64,000 nucleotides of DNA, taken from contig MU055785.1 of assembly GCA_013239625.1 (NCBI GenBank), positions 434,001 through 498,000 on the forward strand, read 5' to 3'. The DNA comes from Lama guanicoe (lineage: Eukaryota). Shown here one piece after another: positions 49,449-60,982 of this stretch. Both the position numbers and the translations under genes were made by a program. How positions within the stretch are numbered: position 1 is the stretch's first letter; each line of letters opens with the position of its first letter. A model generated the notes under the pieces. It was not told where the DNA came from. It was given only the letters and a program-made list of their open reading frames with translations, and ran no database searches.

Positions 49449-50969
49449 CTTAAGCTTCCAGCGACTCTTGGGTCCTCAGTCGGCCGCCGAAGACCCGCTG
49501 AAATAGGAGCTGCCCGCGGCACGCGCCTGATCAAAAACCCCGCTGTCTTGCCATCTAAGGAAAAACTACGAGCCTCGGATGGCGGGGAAATCTCGCAGTA
49601 CACGAAATTCATGTTACTTCATATACTTTTAATAGTTCTCGTCGAAGAAAAAAGCTCACTAACAGGGCATGTATTCCAGCACAACTTTGGACAGAAGTTG
49701 GGTCCTTAGGCCGGAAGTGGAAGCCATAGAGGAAGTCATGGAGTGAGCATGATGATTGTCGTTAAGGGTTTGGCGCCATCTTGAGAAGGTCGTAATGATT
49801 CTTGCAATAAATGTATTACTTACTAGTCTGACCTGGCGCTTGGTTCAGTCTCCCCAGCAACTAAACCTCACACGCAGAGAAAAGCCCAACTCCTCGAAGA
49901 AGAATCGACTGCACCATTCATGAGAAAAAGTCGTTTTCCAAAGACATTCCTCCCCTTTACGTAATGCCTGGTGCCTAGTAGTTAAATACCCATGTGAGTT
50001 TTCTGGTTTTATAGGATCATATTCTGCAAACCAATGTTAATAAATTACACTACTAAACGTTTACTTAGTAGCTCTTCATTGCCCGGCATTGCCACATAAA
50101 TTGTGACAATTTTCTCTTTTAAAAATAGTGATCGATCCATGAATGACTGAAAACTTGTGCTGAACACTGGAATTTGACACAACATTGTAAAATGATTATA
50201 AATCAATAAAAAATGTTAAAAAAATAAAAATAGAGATCGAGACATTAAACATACATTTTTTAAAATCAGGGAGAAGTATTCGCTTCTTTAAGCTTCCCAT
50301 TTTTTGAGGAAGGAAAGTCTGTTTATTTATTGCCTTTCTACCTCATTAACAAGCTTAATTATGTCAGAAATTATGTCTGTTTTCCTTTCCGTTGGAGCAC
50401 CTTGACAAAACCTCAACACATATTTGGTCAAAGGATGAAAGAATTGCCCTTGAATGAGTACAAAAGAGAAGATCGAGGTTTAGAAAGACGATGTGGTTCA
50501 ACTAGGATCACACAGCCAATTAGGCGCAGAACTGGAATTCTAACCCAGGATTGTCCAAGTTTGAATCAGTCCCAACTGAGTCTAACTCTCTGGGCAACCT
50601 CGAACAAGTTACTAAGCCGTTCTGATCCTCAACTTCCTAAGCTGCAAAGTGGGGCTAAGAAAGATAAGACTGGTTGATCCTCTGCGTCGCATTCTGGCGG
50701 TGGGCTTTGTCAAGGTACACTTGGGTCCCACACTTCAGCCTGAGGTTCCCCAGATCCAGAACCCAGCACGTTGGACAAACTCTCCTGCGACTTCAGACCT
50801 CTGGGATCCGCGCCCCGCCCGCCGCGGAGGGGCGTGGTCAAATCGGCGCCAGAGCGCAGACACGTGCACGGAGCGGAAAGGCGCAGGCGCGAAGTCGCCG
50901 GGACATTAGAGGGCGCACGCGCCCCGCCCCTCGGCCTCACGCTCGGCTGCGCAGGCGCAAGCCCGCAAG
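49449..50969. promoter_or_regulatory. Bidirectional (head-to-head) SART3/ISCU promoter region, CpG-rich at both ends
   Basis: Divergent ATGs 1.5 kb apart. ETS/GABPA CCGGAAGTG 49712-49720; YY1-type CGCCATCTT / CAAGATGGCGGC near 49443, 49774 and 50966; E-box CACGTG 50861-50866; NRF1 TGCGCAGGCGCA 50948-50959; GC boxes. Confidence 0.85.
50136..50225 (+). mobile_element. 5'-truncated L1 3' end with 15-bp TSD
   Basis: AAAAATAGTGATCGA (50121-50135) / AAAAATAGAGATCGA (50226-50240), TTTT/AA target, AATAAA and A tail. Confidence 0.75.
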
Positions 50970-51083
50970 ATGGCGGCGGCTGGAGTTGGCCGTCTGAGGC
51001 GGGCGGCGTCGGGTCTGCTGCTCCCGGCCCCCCGTCTGCCCGCCCGGGAGCTGTCAGCTCCGGCTCGGCTCTATCACAAGAAG
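50970..51083 (+). CDS. ISCU: ISCU exon 1 (mitochondrial targeting peptide)
   Basis: Kozak AAGATGG; donor AAG|GTAGGG; 114 nt. Confidence 0.96.
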
Positions 51084-54000
51084 GTAGGGGCGGGCGAGGG
51101 CGTGCGCGGGGCCCGTCCTGGGCAGGGGGGCAGGAGTGCGAGGACCGCTCAGAGGACTTGGCGTCCTAGCGGAGGCCGGGCCCAAGGAGGAGTGGCCGCC
51201 GGGCTCTGCGCTGCCCAGGTGGGGCCGCCCCTCGCACAAGTCCTCCTCGACTGACTTTCTTCTCGCTGTTCAGGGGCACTAAGAATGACAGTTCAAGCCC
51301 CTCTAGCGGCCATTGCCCGTGGGCCCCGCCGCTGGCCGCGATCTCGTGCATCCAGCCTTTAAACTTCCCAACTGCCCAGGAAGGAGGGTCCTGCTCTGAC
51401 CTGCCAGCCAGACTCCAAGGACAGACACACACAGCAGCGCGGGCTCCGGCTTCAGCCAAGGCCACTGTCCTGGCCAAGTGACCTTGCGCAAGTCACTGCC
51501 CCACGCTGAACCTATTTCCCCACTTGTCCAGTGGGGTCTTAGCAGTCCCCCTCCCTGAGACCATGCCTGTGGGGTCCTCGGCCCGATGCCTGACACACGG
51601 AGGCCACTTAGGGTGCTGCTGCTGTCATTGTCGTAGGAGCTCAGAGCCTTCAAGTGGAGCCAGACATGTAACCAACGGCCATAACGTTTTTATTTTTGTT
51701 TCTTCTCGGGGGGAGGGGCAGCTATGAGTACAAATAGGTGCCTAGTTTGCAGCCCTGACCTTCCTGGGGCGTGAAGTCCCTAAACGAGATTCTCTCACTC
51801 GGGAAACGGTTAACTAAAGAATGCAGTCAGTCAACACAGGGCAGAAAGTCCATACTGGGCGCATAGGTATGCTTAGTGGTCCTGGATTCAATCCTCAATA
51901 CTTCCATTTAAAAAAGAAAGAAAGAAAAAGAAAATCCACATTGGACATTACTTTGTAGGTCCTGGGCTTAAAAGTCAAATTCCGTGGTCTGATAGGTGGT
52001 GGGGTAGGGGACTGGAAGTTTGGGGAACTTAAGGGCTGACTGGTAAACAAACCTCAAGGCTTTTAAAGCTCTCACTGTGGCAGTTTGAATAAATGCTTAT
52101 ATGTTCTGGCTTCAGTGCGTTTGCCCAAGGACTTCACTCCTCCCCCATCTAGGGGTGTATGTTGTTGACAGTACAGGCGGAATTAACTTGTCGCTAAGCA
52201 GCCTTTCAGCCACCAGGGTGCTCTGCTGCACCAGCGAGATTTCAGGGCCCTGAAACACAGTAATGGGACCGTTGTCATTTATTAATCGCACACAAATGGA
52301 CAGACGCCACAGCATTGTTCTTCCTGTAAGAATCTCCTTGAGGCTTCTGGGAAATCCTTCCATTTCTGGACTGTACTTATTTTTAGATTTCTGAGTAGTA
52401 ATCATTATCCTTTGAGAATGTATTTTATTTGGAAATTACAAAGATGATGTTTGAGCCCAAATCTGGTGATGGATGGTTAAAGGTCAAGTAATTATTTGTG
52501 GCTCAAAACCCTATGGAATTAAGACATGATTTTGCTGATTTTTCTCCACTATCTTGCATCTCTGAAGGTGGCTAGAGAGGAGATACAAAAAGACTTTGGG
52601 TCACAAGTGGTTCTCACTGACATGAATGTAAGCCTTCCTCCCGGAGTGAAATTTGGTCCTGTGTGATTGCCTGCCAGGTTCGGGTTGCTAATTTCCCGGA
52701 GCTTGCCATCAAAGTCAGGGAGAGCAATACCTCAAAAAAGAGTGATTGTGATTTCTCTTAACCGTCTCCTTGCAGGTTGTTGATCATTATGAAAATCCTC
52801 GAAATGTGGGGTCCCTTGACAAGACATCTAAAAATGTTGGAACCGGACTGGTGGGGGCTCCAGCATGTGGCGATGTGATGAAATTACAGGTAGCTCTGGT
52901 CTCCATCTTTCCTGGTGGTAATGGTGATCCCTTTGTTGTACAGTGCTTCGTAGTTGATGGAGCACAGCACAATGCTTTTGGTCCCCATCTTGATTCCTGT
53001 GAGACGGGATGCGTCATCATTATAAGTGATTCAAGCCGGGGCTGAATCCTGGTCCTACTGATCCACTACACCGACCCTTCCTGACACAGTAAACTGACCT
53101 CACTTTTGTACTTACTGTATCAGCTTAAATTCCAACTTCAGCTAAGTAAAAGCTGTTGTGACTTTCACCGATCAAAGGAAAACCACAGCCATTCAGTTAG
53201 CAATAAATCAAACCTCCCGCAAGTGGGAGACAACGCGCAGGTAGTGCCTGGCACTTTCGGGTAAACCGGAGCTCTCTCCACATCTACTTCATCATGGTGG
53301 GTGGGCAGCTCGCCAGGTGGCTTCATGCCTATCTTGGGAAACAGAAACAAGGCAGGAGGGAACCACTAAATGCAATTTGGTGCCGAAGGAAAAAAAAAAA
53401 GCATTCACCAGAGGCATTTATTGCAGGCTCCTTCAGTGTTTAAAAATGCAGGTCCACCCAGCAGCTGGGAGTAGAAGTTCACATCCAAAATTCAGGCTAG
53501 GGTTGGGGGGAAAGAAAACAGGAGGAGGCATATTTTTTTCAGCTGATCTTTACCAGCTAGGCCTGTATAATTCGGTGTGGTTGTTCCTACTATTCACTTT
53601 TCATCACCCAGCTCTTTGAAACAAAGGCAACTCTGTAACTAATGCCAAAACCTTAAGCATGGAGAACAGGACCAGAGCTCTCAGGGAGTGCCCCAGGGGC
53701 CCTCCGTGAGTGCCAGGTTCTACAGGGCGGCACCAGAGTCACTGCTGACTCCTGCCTTTTTTCTAGATTCAAGTGGACGAAAAGGGCAAGATCGTGGACG
53801 CCAGGTTTAAAACGTTTGGCTGTGGTTCTGCGATTGCCTCCAGCTCGTTGGCCACGGAATGGGTAAAAGGGAAGACGGTAAGTTTCTGCCAATTGGACAA
53901 AATTGAATCATTCCCCACAAACCTGGCTCTCAGTTAAGGGAAGGGTCCAGTTATATTAAAAAAAAAAAAAAGTAACTATGATTTTTTTTTTTCCTAAATA

Positions 54001-57000
54001 AATTCTTCTTCACATTGGGAATTGTGGATAATTCGGTGAAGTGTTTTTCAGTTTGAAGCCAGGGGGTTCTTGTTGATCATTTTTGTTTGGAGGTTTTGGA
54101 GGTATTTTGGTTTTTATTATATAGAAAATAGATCCTCACCTCCCCCTCAAAGAAAAAAAGAAGTGAAAAGAACTCCTTGGCTTTCTCCAAGGTCACTGGT
54201 AATGTCATCGTTTCTTAGACATCTGAGTCTGCTCCGGCTGTTGTCGGGTAGCAGTTTGTTTAGTTTATTTCCTCCCATCGTGTTTCAGGAAGGACTGCAG
54301 GTGGCTTACAAGGATTTGTGAAATAACAAACTAGCCTTTCTAAAATCCTGTTGTCATTAAAACCTCTCAGAAAAGCCAAACTGCAGGTGCATGTCTTTGC
54401 AGCCCCAAGGGGCCGAGTTCAGGGAGCTGAGTGCTGGTGGCGTGTGCTGGGGGAGCTGGGAAGCTCTGGAGCAGAGCCCTCCGCCAGGCCCCGTGCTGCC
54501 GCTTCCTGCAGCTCAGGGCCTTCTGGCTGGCAAGCCTCTCTGAGCCACAGAAGCAGAGACCTAACCGGTTCTGGCTGAAGGTGGCTCTGGAGTGATTTGT
54601 CCAGAACTACCCTCAGGGAAAGGAAGTGAGGAGACAGGGCACCTGTGCTCCCAGGACCCGGCCCTGCAGGTGCCGTGAGTGTGACCAGAAAGGGGGGTGG
54701 GGAGGGCTTTCTCTGACCTTGAGATCCTCCCATTAGATCAGGAACAGAATTTGAACCATAACTGAGTGAGATTGGGAAATCGGGGGCAGGTGGGGAAATC
54801 TGGCTTTCCTAAAGGCAGCGGGGCTCTCTTCCACATAGGGCTGCCACACGTTATGCCCTCGGGCTCTCGACCAAACCCCAGGCGTCCTTTTCAGTCCATC
54901 TAGAGGAGAAAGATTCTCTCGTAGGCAGGGGACGAGCCCAAAGAGCTCTCAGCCCGAGAGCTGTCTGTGCGCCACCCACCCCACCCCCCGCTTCCATGAT
55001 GCCACGTAGCATTAAGAGTTGAAGGGATTTATCCTGAACACTGGGTATAAGGACATCAGAGAAACTGACACTCACAAAACCAGCATAGGAAACCACTGCC
55101 TTTTAAAAAAGACTCGAGTTGCTGGCCTCAAGCAGATCCCTAAGAGACTTCTTACAGGTTCTGCTCCTGACTTGCAGCAGTGTCTGGCAACCACGCAGTG
55201 CCGGGGTGTACACTTCACCCTAGAGAATCCCAGCGGCAGCCTAGACTTGGAAGTGGGGGTCCTTTGTTTGAGGTTACTATGTGGAAACCATCCCCCACCA
55301 CCCTGCCGCAAGGGCCTCTTCGGCCCCTTTTATTTTCCATCCCACTGCGTAGAGCATCACTAAAACTGCTCGTCTCTCCCGTCTGCCTCCCAGGTGGAGG
55401 AAGCCTTGACCATCAAAAACACAGACATCGCCAAGGAGCTCTGCCTGCCGCCTGTGAAACTGCACTGCTCCAGTGAGTCTCCCCTCCCCAGAGTGCCAGT
55501 GGGCCCAGACAGCGGGGCGTCACTTTTGTGACAGAGTAATGGCGAGTCCTTTTTGGTCCCGGAGTCCACCTTGACAACCCTCCGAGGGTTGGAGCTCGTG
55601 GGGTCTGCTCGTAACCTCCAGAAGGTTGCGCCCAGGGTCTCACCGCCCTCTCCAGGAGGGTCTTCCAGCACGTCGTGACCTCACTTCTGAACCTCAGAAA
55701 CGGCCTCCATCCACAGAAGGCGTCACTGCCTCCCCCCGGCACGGATGAGGGAACGAGGGCTCAGGTGAAAGCGCCCGTCACACAGCCCCTGAGCGGGAGA
55801 GCCAGCACCCAAACCCAGTCGCTGATCCCAGAGTCCGTGTCGTTCCCGCCCCTCTGTGGTGGAGCGAGGTCACTCGGGGAGAAAGCGCAGCGCTCACCGC
55901 CGCCCTGTTTGCTGTGCGCTGTATCACTTCCTTTCCAGATGCGCTCACTGCCGGGGTCTGCATCTGCGTGTATGGATGACTAAGCCGGGTTGTGCAATGT
56001 CCCCCTCTTCACTGTCCTAAGAGAAAGCCCAGATGCCTTAAGACTTACACTTGGCTTTCCAGTTCAGACTCTGTCTTAAACCTAAAGCTTTTCCTTCTTC
56101 TCTCAAGCTTCTGGGGAAGAGGGAATGGGAAACAACAGCCTTAAGTTACTGGTAGACATTTACTGACCAAATTCATTATAAATCAGCAGAGACAGGCCTC
56201 TTGCCAGGGTAAGACTCACAGGGGAAGTGAGCGCCAGGGCAGGGACCAGCTAACGCTGCCTTCAGGAAGTCTGCTAAGACCCGAGTTCTTTCCACTTGAG
56301 CTGGAATTTCAGATACCCGTGAATAAAGGCCCTGGCTTGTAAGCATTTTCACATGGTTTCGGAGAAACCCCAGCCTTTTCACTAGGCCATCCTGGGTACT
56401 GAAACCTCTAGTCAGCGCTCCCTGCCGTCATCCCAGCTCTCTCCATTTTTATTTTCCCCATGGCTTCCCTTTTAACATCAGCTCCAAAATAAAAGTTTTC
56501 AAACTTAGGGTCACTGGAGAGTGACAGCAAACACCATGCCGTCAACAGACTGGCATGACCCACGTTACTGCAGCCACAGTCACCAGCATCCCCTGCATTT
56601 GTCCTGACTCCCGTGTGGGCAGCTGAGAACTCACGGTCGTTGTGTCCCTCCTGTGTATAAAGTCCTCGAGGACACCATCCCAGCAGGAAAAGCATGACTG
56701 TCCCAGTTTTACAGAAGAGAGTGTAGATTCCAAGAGGCTAAGGAACCCACCTAAAATCCTGGGTGTCTGACCCCAAGTCTGTCCTCAGAGCCACCCCGCG
56801 GGAGTAATCCTGCTCAGAAAGCAGCTGTCGGCTGGCCGAGAGCTTGCTCCTCACCCCCAGCACCCTGGCAGGGGACTCTCTTAAGCCTGTCCCAGCACCA
56901 CTGCCTCCAGCTCTTAAAGATTCTCTGCCTAAGACCATCTCTGCAGATTCTGGACACTTAGGCTCGCTTTCCTTCCCTTACTTCCAGTGCTGGCCGAGGA

Positions 57001-57073
57001 TGCCATCAAGGCTGCCCTGGCTGATTACAAACTGAAACAAGAACCCAAGAAAGAAGAGGCCGAGAAGAAATAA
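50970..57073 (+). CDS. ISCU: Iron-sulfur cluster assembly scaffold ISCU (mitochondrial isoform), join(50970..51083,52776..52889,53767..53877,55394..55472,56988..57073), 167 aa
   Basis: 504 nt. Arg-rich presequence, [47 protein letters not shown]. Confidence 0.98.
51857..51932 (+). mobile_element. Internally deleted SINE remnant in ISCU intron 1
   Basis: ATGCTTAG..GGTCCTGGATTCAATCCTCAATACTTCCATTTAAAAAA. Confidence 0.55.
52776..52889 (+). CDS. ISCU: ISCU exon 2 ([10 protein letters not shown]...MKLQ)
   Basis: AG/GT bounded; 114 nt. Confidence 0.97.
53767..53877 (+). CDS. ISCU: ISCU exon 3 ([10 protein letters not shown]...VKGKT)
   Basis: AG/GT bounded; 111 nt. Confidence 0.97.
55394..55472 (+). 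CDS. ISCU: ISCU exon 4 (VEEALTIKN...LPPVKLHCS)
   Basis: AG/GT bounded; 79 nt. Confidence 0.97.
56988..57073 (+). CDS. ISCU: ISCU exon 5 ([10 protein letters not shown]...EKK*)
   Basis: Acceptor CAG|; TAA 57071-57073. Confidence 0.97.
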
Positions 57074-57088
57074 GCCGTCGGCGAAGCC

Positions 57089-57096
57089 ACGCACAG
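57089..57096 (+). promoter_or_regulatory. miR-210-3p seed match ACGCACAG in ISCU 3'UTR
   Basis: Exact complement of miR-210-3p nt 1-8 (CUGUGCGU), i.e. a 7mer-m8 site. Confidence 0.6.
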
Positions 57097-57468
57097 GTCA
57101 CACCTGCTTCTTGCCCACCCGCTGTGCAGTCACGCAGAAGCCCTCGCACTACAAAAAAAGAGCTATGAGATCCGCACATTTGCTCTTCACGTTGTGACTC
57201 CAATGCAAGCAAAATACAGTCGAATTGTTCTGAATCCTGTAGTTTCTTTCAGTTCACTTTTATCACCTTAACCCAGGTCATGTCTGTTTGAATTGTGTAT
57301 ATGGCCTCCAAACTGAAATCGATGGTGAAGTCTCGCATTCGGGGAGGCATGAAGTGCACAAATATCTGATTTTACCTGAATCTATTTTGGGGAAGATTAC
57401 TGATAGAATGCCTTGGTAAGATTATTTGCTAGAACCGAGTATTGTACATAAAACAGATTTGCATATAT

Positions 57469-57478
57469 AATAAATAAA
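57469..57478 (+). terminator. ISCU polyadenylation signal (overlapping AATAAA x2)
   Basis: AATAAATAAA about 400 nt after the stop, with upstream TGTA and downstream U-rich tract. Confidence 0.8.
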
Positions 57479-59968
57479 AGAATGGAAGACGATGTTTTTC
57501 TCTGGTAAGCCTTGTCTCTTGGGTCCCTCACTCACCCCAAGGTGCTGCCCACAGCCCCTTGGGTTTTGCAGACACTGGACCACGACTATGCCTGCACCTT
57601 TCCTAGCAAACTGGGCAGTAAACACCACACACGGAGATTTTTACAGAGCCGAATGTCGGTAATGTTTTATGAAACAGGAGGGAGGGTGAAAGGAGAGGTT
57701 CAAAATGAGTCCAGAAGATTCTTTTTGTAATTTCACTGGTTTGTGAAATCCTGAGATCTGAGGAACTCTGCCATGGACGCTCCCCTAAAACTGTGGATCA
57801 AACACACAAAGAGGTCTAGGGGGTGAGTTTAAAATGTTGATTTCTAGACCCAGGGCCCTGCTTGCTGTAGGTCTGAGCCCGCAGTTCCAATACCTGACTT
57901 CGGAGAACCTCCGGGGAGGTTTTGTGCGCTGGCAGCTGAGCCTAGCCATCAGGGAGAAACTTCCTTTGTCCACTCACTGTCTTGCATGAGTGTGACACTT
58001 AAGTAGTTCGTTCTGAACTGTCTGTGCATGAGCAGTGACCTAAAGTTTAAAAACATCGACTTCTGGCTCACGGGCAGGTAACAGACACTCTAATCTCTGC
58101 CCCCCCTCCCCCAACCTGCCCCCAGGGCTGACGGGGAGGCGGACAGATGGTCCCATGCAGAGGGGCCCTCGGTCGGGCACCAGCTAAAAGCCCCACTAGA
58201 GGAGGCCCAATTTTCTAATGAAAACGTGATCTCGAAATGCCAGCTAGGAGCCTCAAGTCTCCAGCGTCAAGAGGAAGATGCTTTTGTTTTTCCTGATACT
58301 CAGGCATAGGCTGGCTGCCTCTTCTCTTTAATATACCTCCTTTGTTTTAAAGAAAAAAATCAAAAACTCCTCTGGGTTCTGGGGAAGGGCACAGAACTTC
58401 AAAGGCCACCCCTCTGCAGCCTGCAGGGCAGGCCACAGAGCAGGCCTTCATCAGAGTCTCAAATTAGAGCCGCCGAGTGGAACCGTGTCACCCTGGCCCC
58501 GGGGGCATGTTCTACTGTTTAATCCACGGTCTCTCTGGCTGTGTGTGTTGTTTTCCTTTCTTATACGTGGCCACACTGTAATCCCCACCACTCTTCTTTG
58601 GGAGTTTTGAAAATGAGACATTTGTGTCCCAGTGACATCCTCTGAGAGCTGAGGCTAAATTCCACACATCAGAAACTGCTCATAAACAGCACGGCAGTGT
58701 TCCCAGAATAGCCCAGACCTCAAAAGACATGGTCTTGCAGCTAAAAGAAAAGAATATTTCACTTTAACATCCCCTAGACTCTCCTCCTCCCAGATAAGAC
58801 CAGTTTGAACCACATGAGGGCACCGCGTACCTTTTGGTGAGCTCTTCGTATCTGGCGGATCTCAGCATCCCTGCGTGGGCTTTTCCCCAGGAGATGGAGA
58901 TGCGCGAGTTAAAAACAGCCTATCGCGCGCCCGCGCTCTGTGCCAGGCTCTGACATCTGTGATCCCCTTCGTTCCCAGGACAGCCCTCTGAGGTGGGCAT
59001 TATTTCAAACAAGGAAACTGGCGTGGGGGTTAGCTGACTCCCAAGCCACCAGCCTGGACTTGGGCTGGGTGACTCCAAGGCCCATGCTTCCCTGCCTCCT
59101 TTCCCTCTGGCAGAACTCGACACCAAGAAGTCTTACCACACAGCCTCACTCGTGCCCTGAGCACCAGCGGGAAGGTGAACCCCAACACAGGATGAGCCCC
59201 AGTCCATTCACTGGCCAACTCGCCACCAAGCCCTGTGGCCCCGGCCCTGGCTATGCCTACTACTCATCAGGGGCCCAATTTTTCCGCAATGCCCAATGAC
59301 ATCAGATGCCATGCGGGTGGGGCCCGGGCACTAGTGTTTTTCAAAGCCCCGAGGAGTTCCCAGTGTGCAGCCAGGAGGTTCTCTCCCCTTTGCAAAGCGG
59401 TTTGCTAAAATTACTTCCATGGAGGCTCACGGTCCTGTGAGAAGGTGTCACTTCCCATCTCCAGCCTCCCTCTCTGCCCCTCCCACCCCCTGCATCTGCC
59501 TTAGTCTAGGCCTCCATCATCTCTCTCCTGGCCTCCCCACTGGCCTCCCTGCCTCCAGACTCACTATTGGGATCCATTCCCCACTCTGACCCTGACACTC
59601 CTCCTTCCCTACCACACGGATCAATCTCTTTACTCTGCCCCACTGAACCTTACCTTCAGGCCCTATGCTGCTCCCCGCCACCGGGAAAGCCCTTGCCAGG
59701 CTTCTCCCTTTAACCTCCACTCAGCCTGGGAGCCTCATCTCAGGCATCACCTCCCCTGAGAAGCCCCCCTTGATTCCCCCAGGCTGAGCTAGGTGCCCTG
59801 CTCGGCTCCCACAGTCCCCTGTACCTCCCTAATCACATACGTATCATGGATGGTTTTGTAATTTTTTCTTGTCTTTCTGTATGTATCATTACTCAGAGAC
59901 TGAGGTTTTTTTAATAATTTTTTTCAATTTTAAACAAGTAATACACTATTTTTAAAACCTCAAACAGC

Positions 59969-60140
59969 AGGGAGGGATAAATTAGGAGTTTGGGACTAAT
60001 ATATATACACTCCTCTATATAAAATAAACAACAAGGACCCACTACTGTATAGCACAGGGGACTATATTCAATATGTTGTAACAACCTGTAATGGAAAAGA
60101 ATCTGAAAAAGAATATATATATAAAACTGAATCACTGTGC
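59969..60140 (+). mobile_element. L1 3' end (cetartiodactyl-type)
   Basis: GGGAGGGATAAATTAGGAGTTTGGGA...CTTCAATAAAAAA; flanking TCAAACAGC repeats at 59960 and 60144. Confidence 0.78.
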
Positions 60141-60559
60141 TGTATGCCTGAAACTAACAAAACACTGTAAATCAACTATACTTCAATAAAAAAAAAGTTT
60201 AATTCAAACAGCCTGAAAGGGAACAAACTAATATATAAGGTTCCTTGCCACAGAAACTTTCTAGGCATATCCAAGTCTATATGTGTTTAAATAGAGTGTT
60301 TTTTTCTTTTTTTTTCACAAATGGTAGCATACTACACATACTTCGGTATCTTTTTATTTTCCTCTTTACCATACTTTTCCACATCAATTCCTATAGACCT
60401 GCCTCATTCTTATTAACAGCTACCCAGCATTCCATGCACGATGTTCTGTAATTGACTCTTCTAGTGATGACCATGTAGGTTGTTTTGACGGCAATGTCAG
60501 TTATGAGACCCAGTATCTGGTACAGCTTCTGACTTACTAGGGGCTCCATGAATGCTTAT

Positions 60560-60982
60560 TGAGTGGGTAGATGGATGGATGGATGGGCAGATGGCTGGGT
60601 GGATGGATGGCTGGGTGGATGGGTAGAAGGGTGAATGGCTGGATGGAGGAGTGTGTGAGTGGGTGGGTGGATGAGTGGGTGGGTGGATGGATGGATGGGT
60701 GGATGGATGGATGGATGGATGGATGGATAGAGAGGTGGAGGGGTAGACGGATGGATGTGTAAGTGGAAGAGTGGGTGGTTGGGTGGGTGGATGGATGGAT
60801 GAATGGATGGGTGGATGGATGGATGGATGGATGGGTGGATGGATGGATGGATAGAGAGGTGGAGGGGTAGACGGATGGATGTGTAAGTGTATGAGTGGGT
60901 GGTTGGGTGGGTGGGTGGATGGATGGAGGGAGGGAGGGGTGTGTGAGTAGATGAGTGGGTGGGTGAGTAGATGGATGGATGG
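60560..60982. repeat. (GGAT/GGGT)n complex microsatellite with an internal ~125-bp duplicated unit
   Basis: GATAGAGAGGTGGAGGGGTAGACGGATGGATGTGTAAGTG occurs twice (near 60725 and 60850). Confidence 0.92.
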
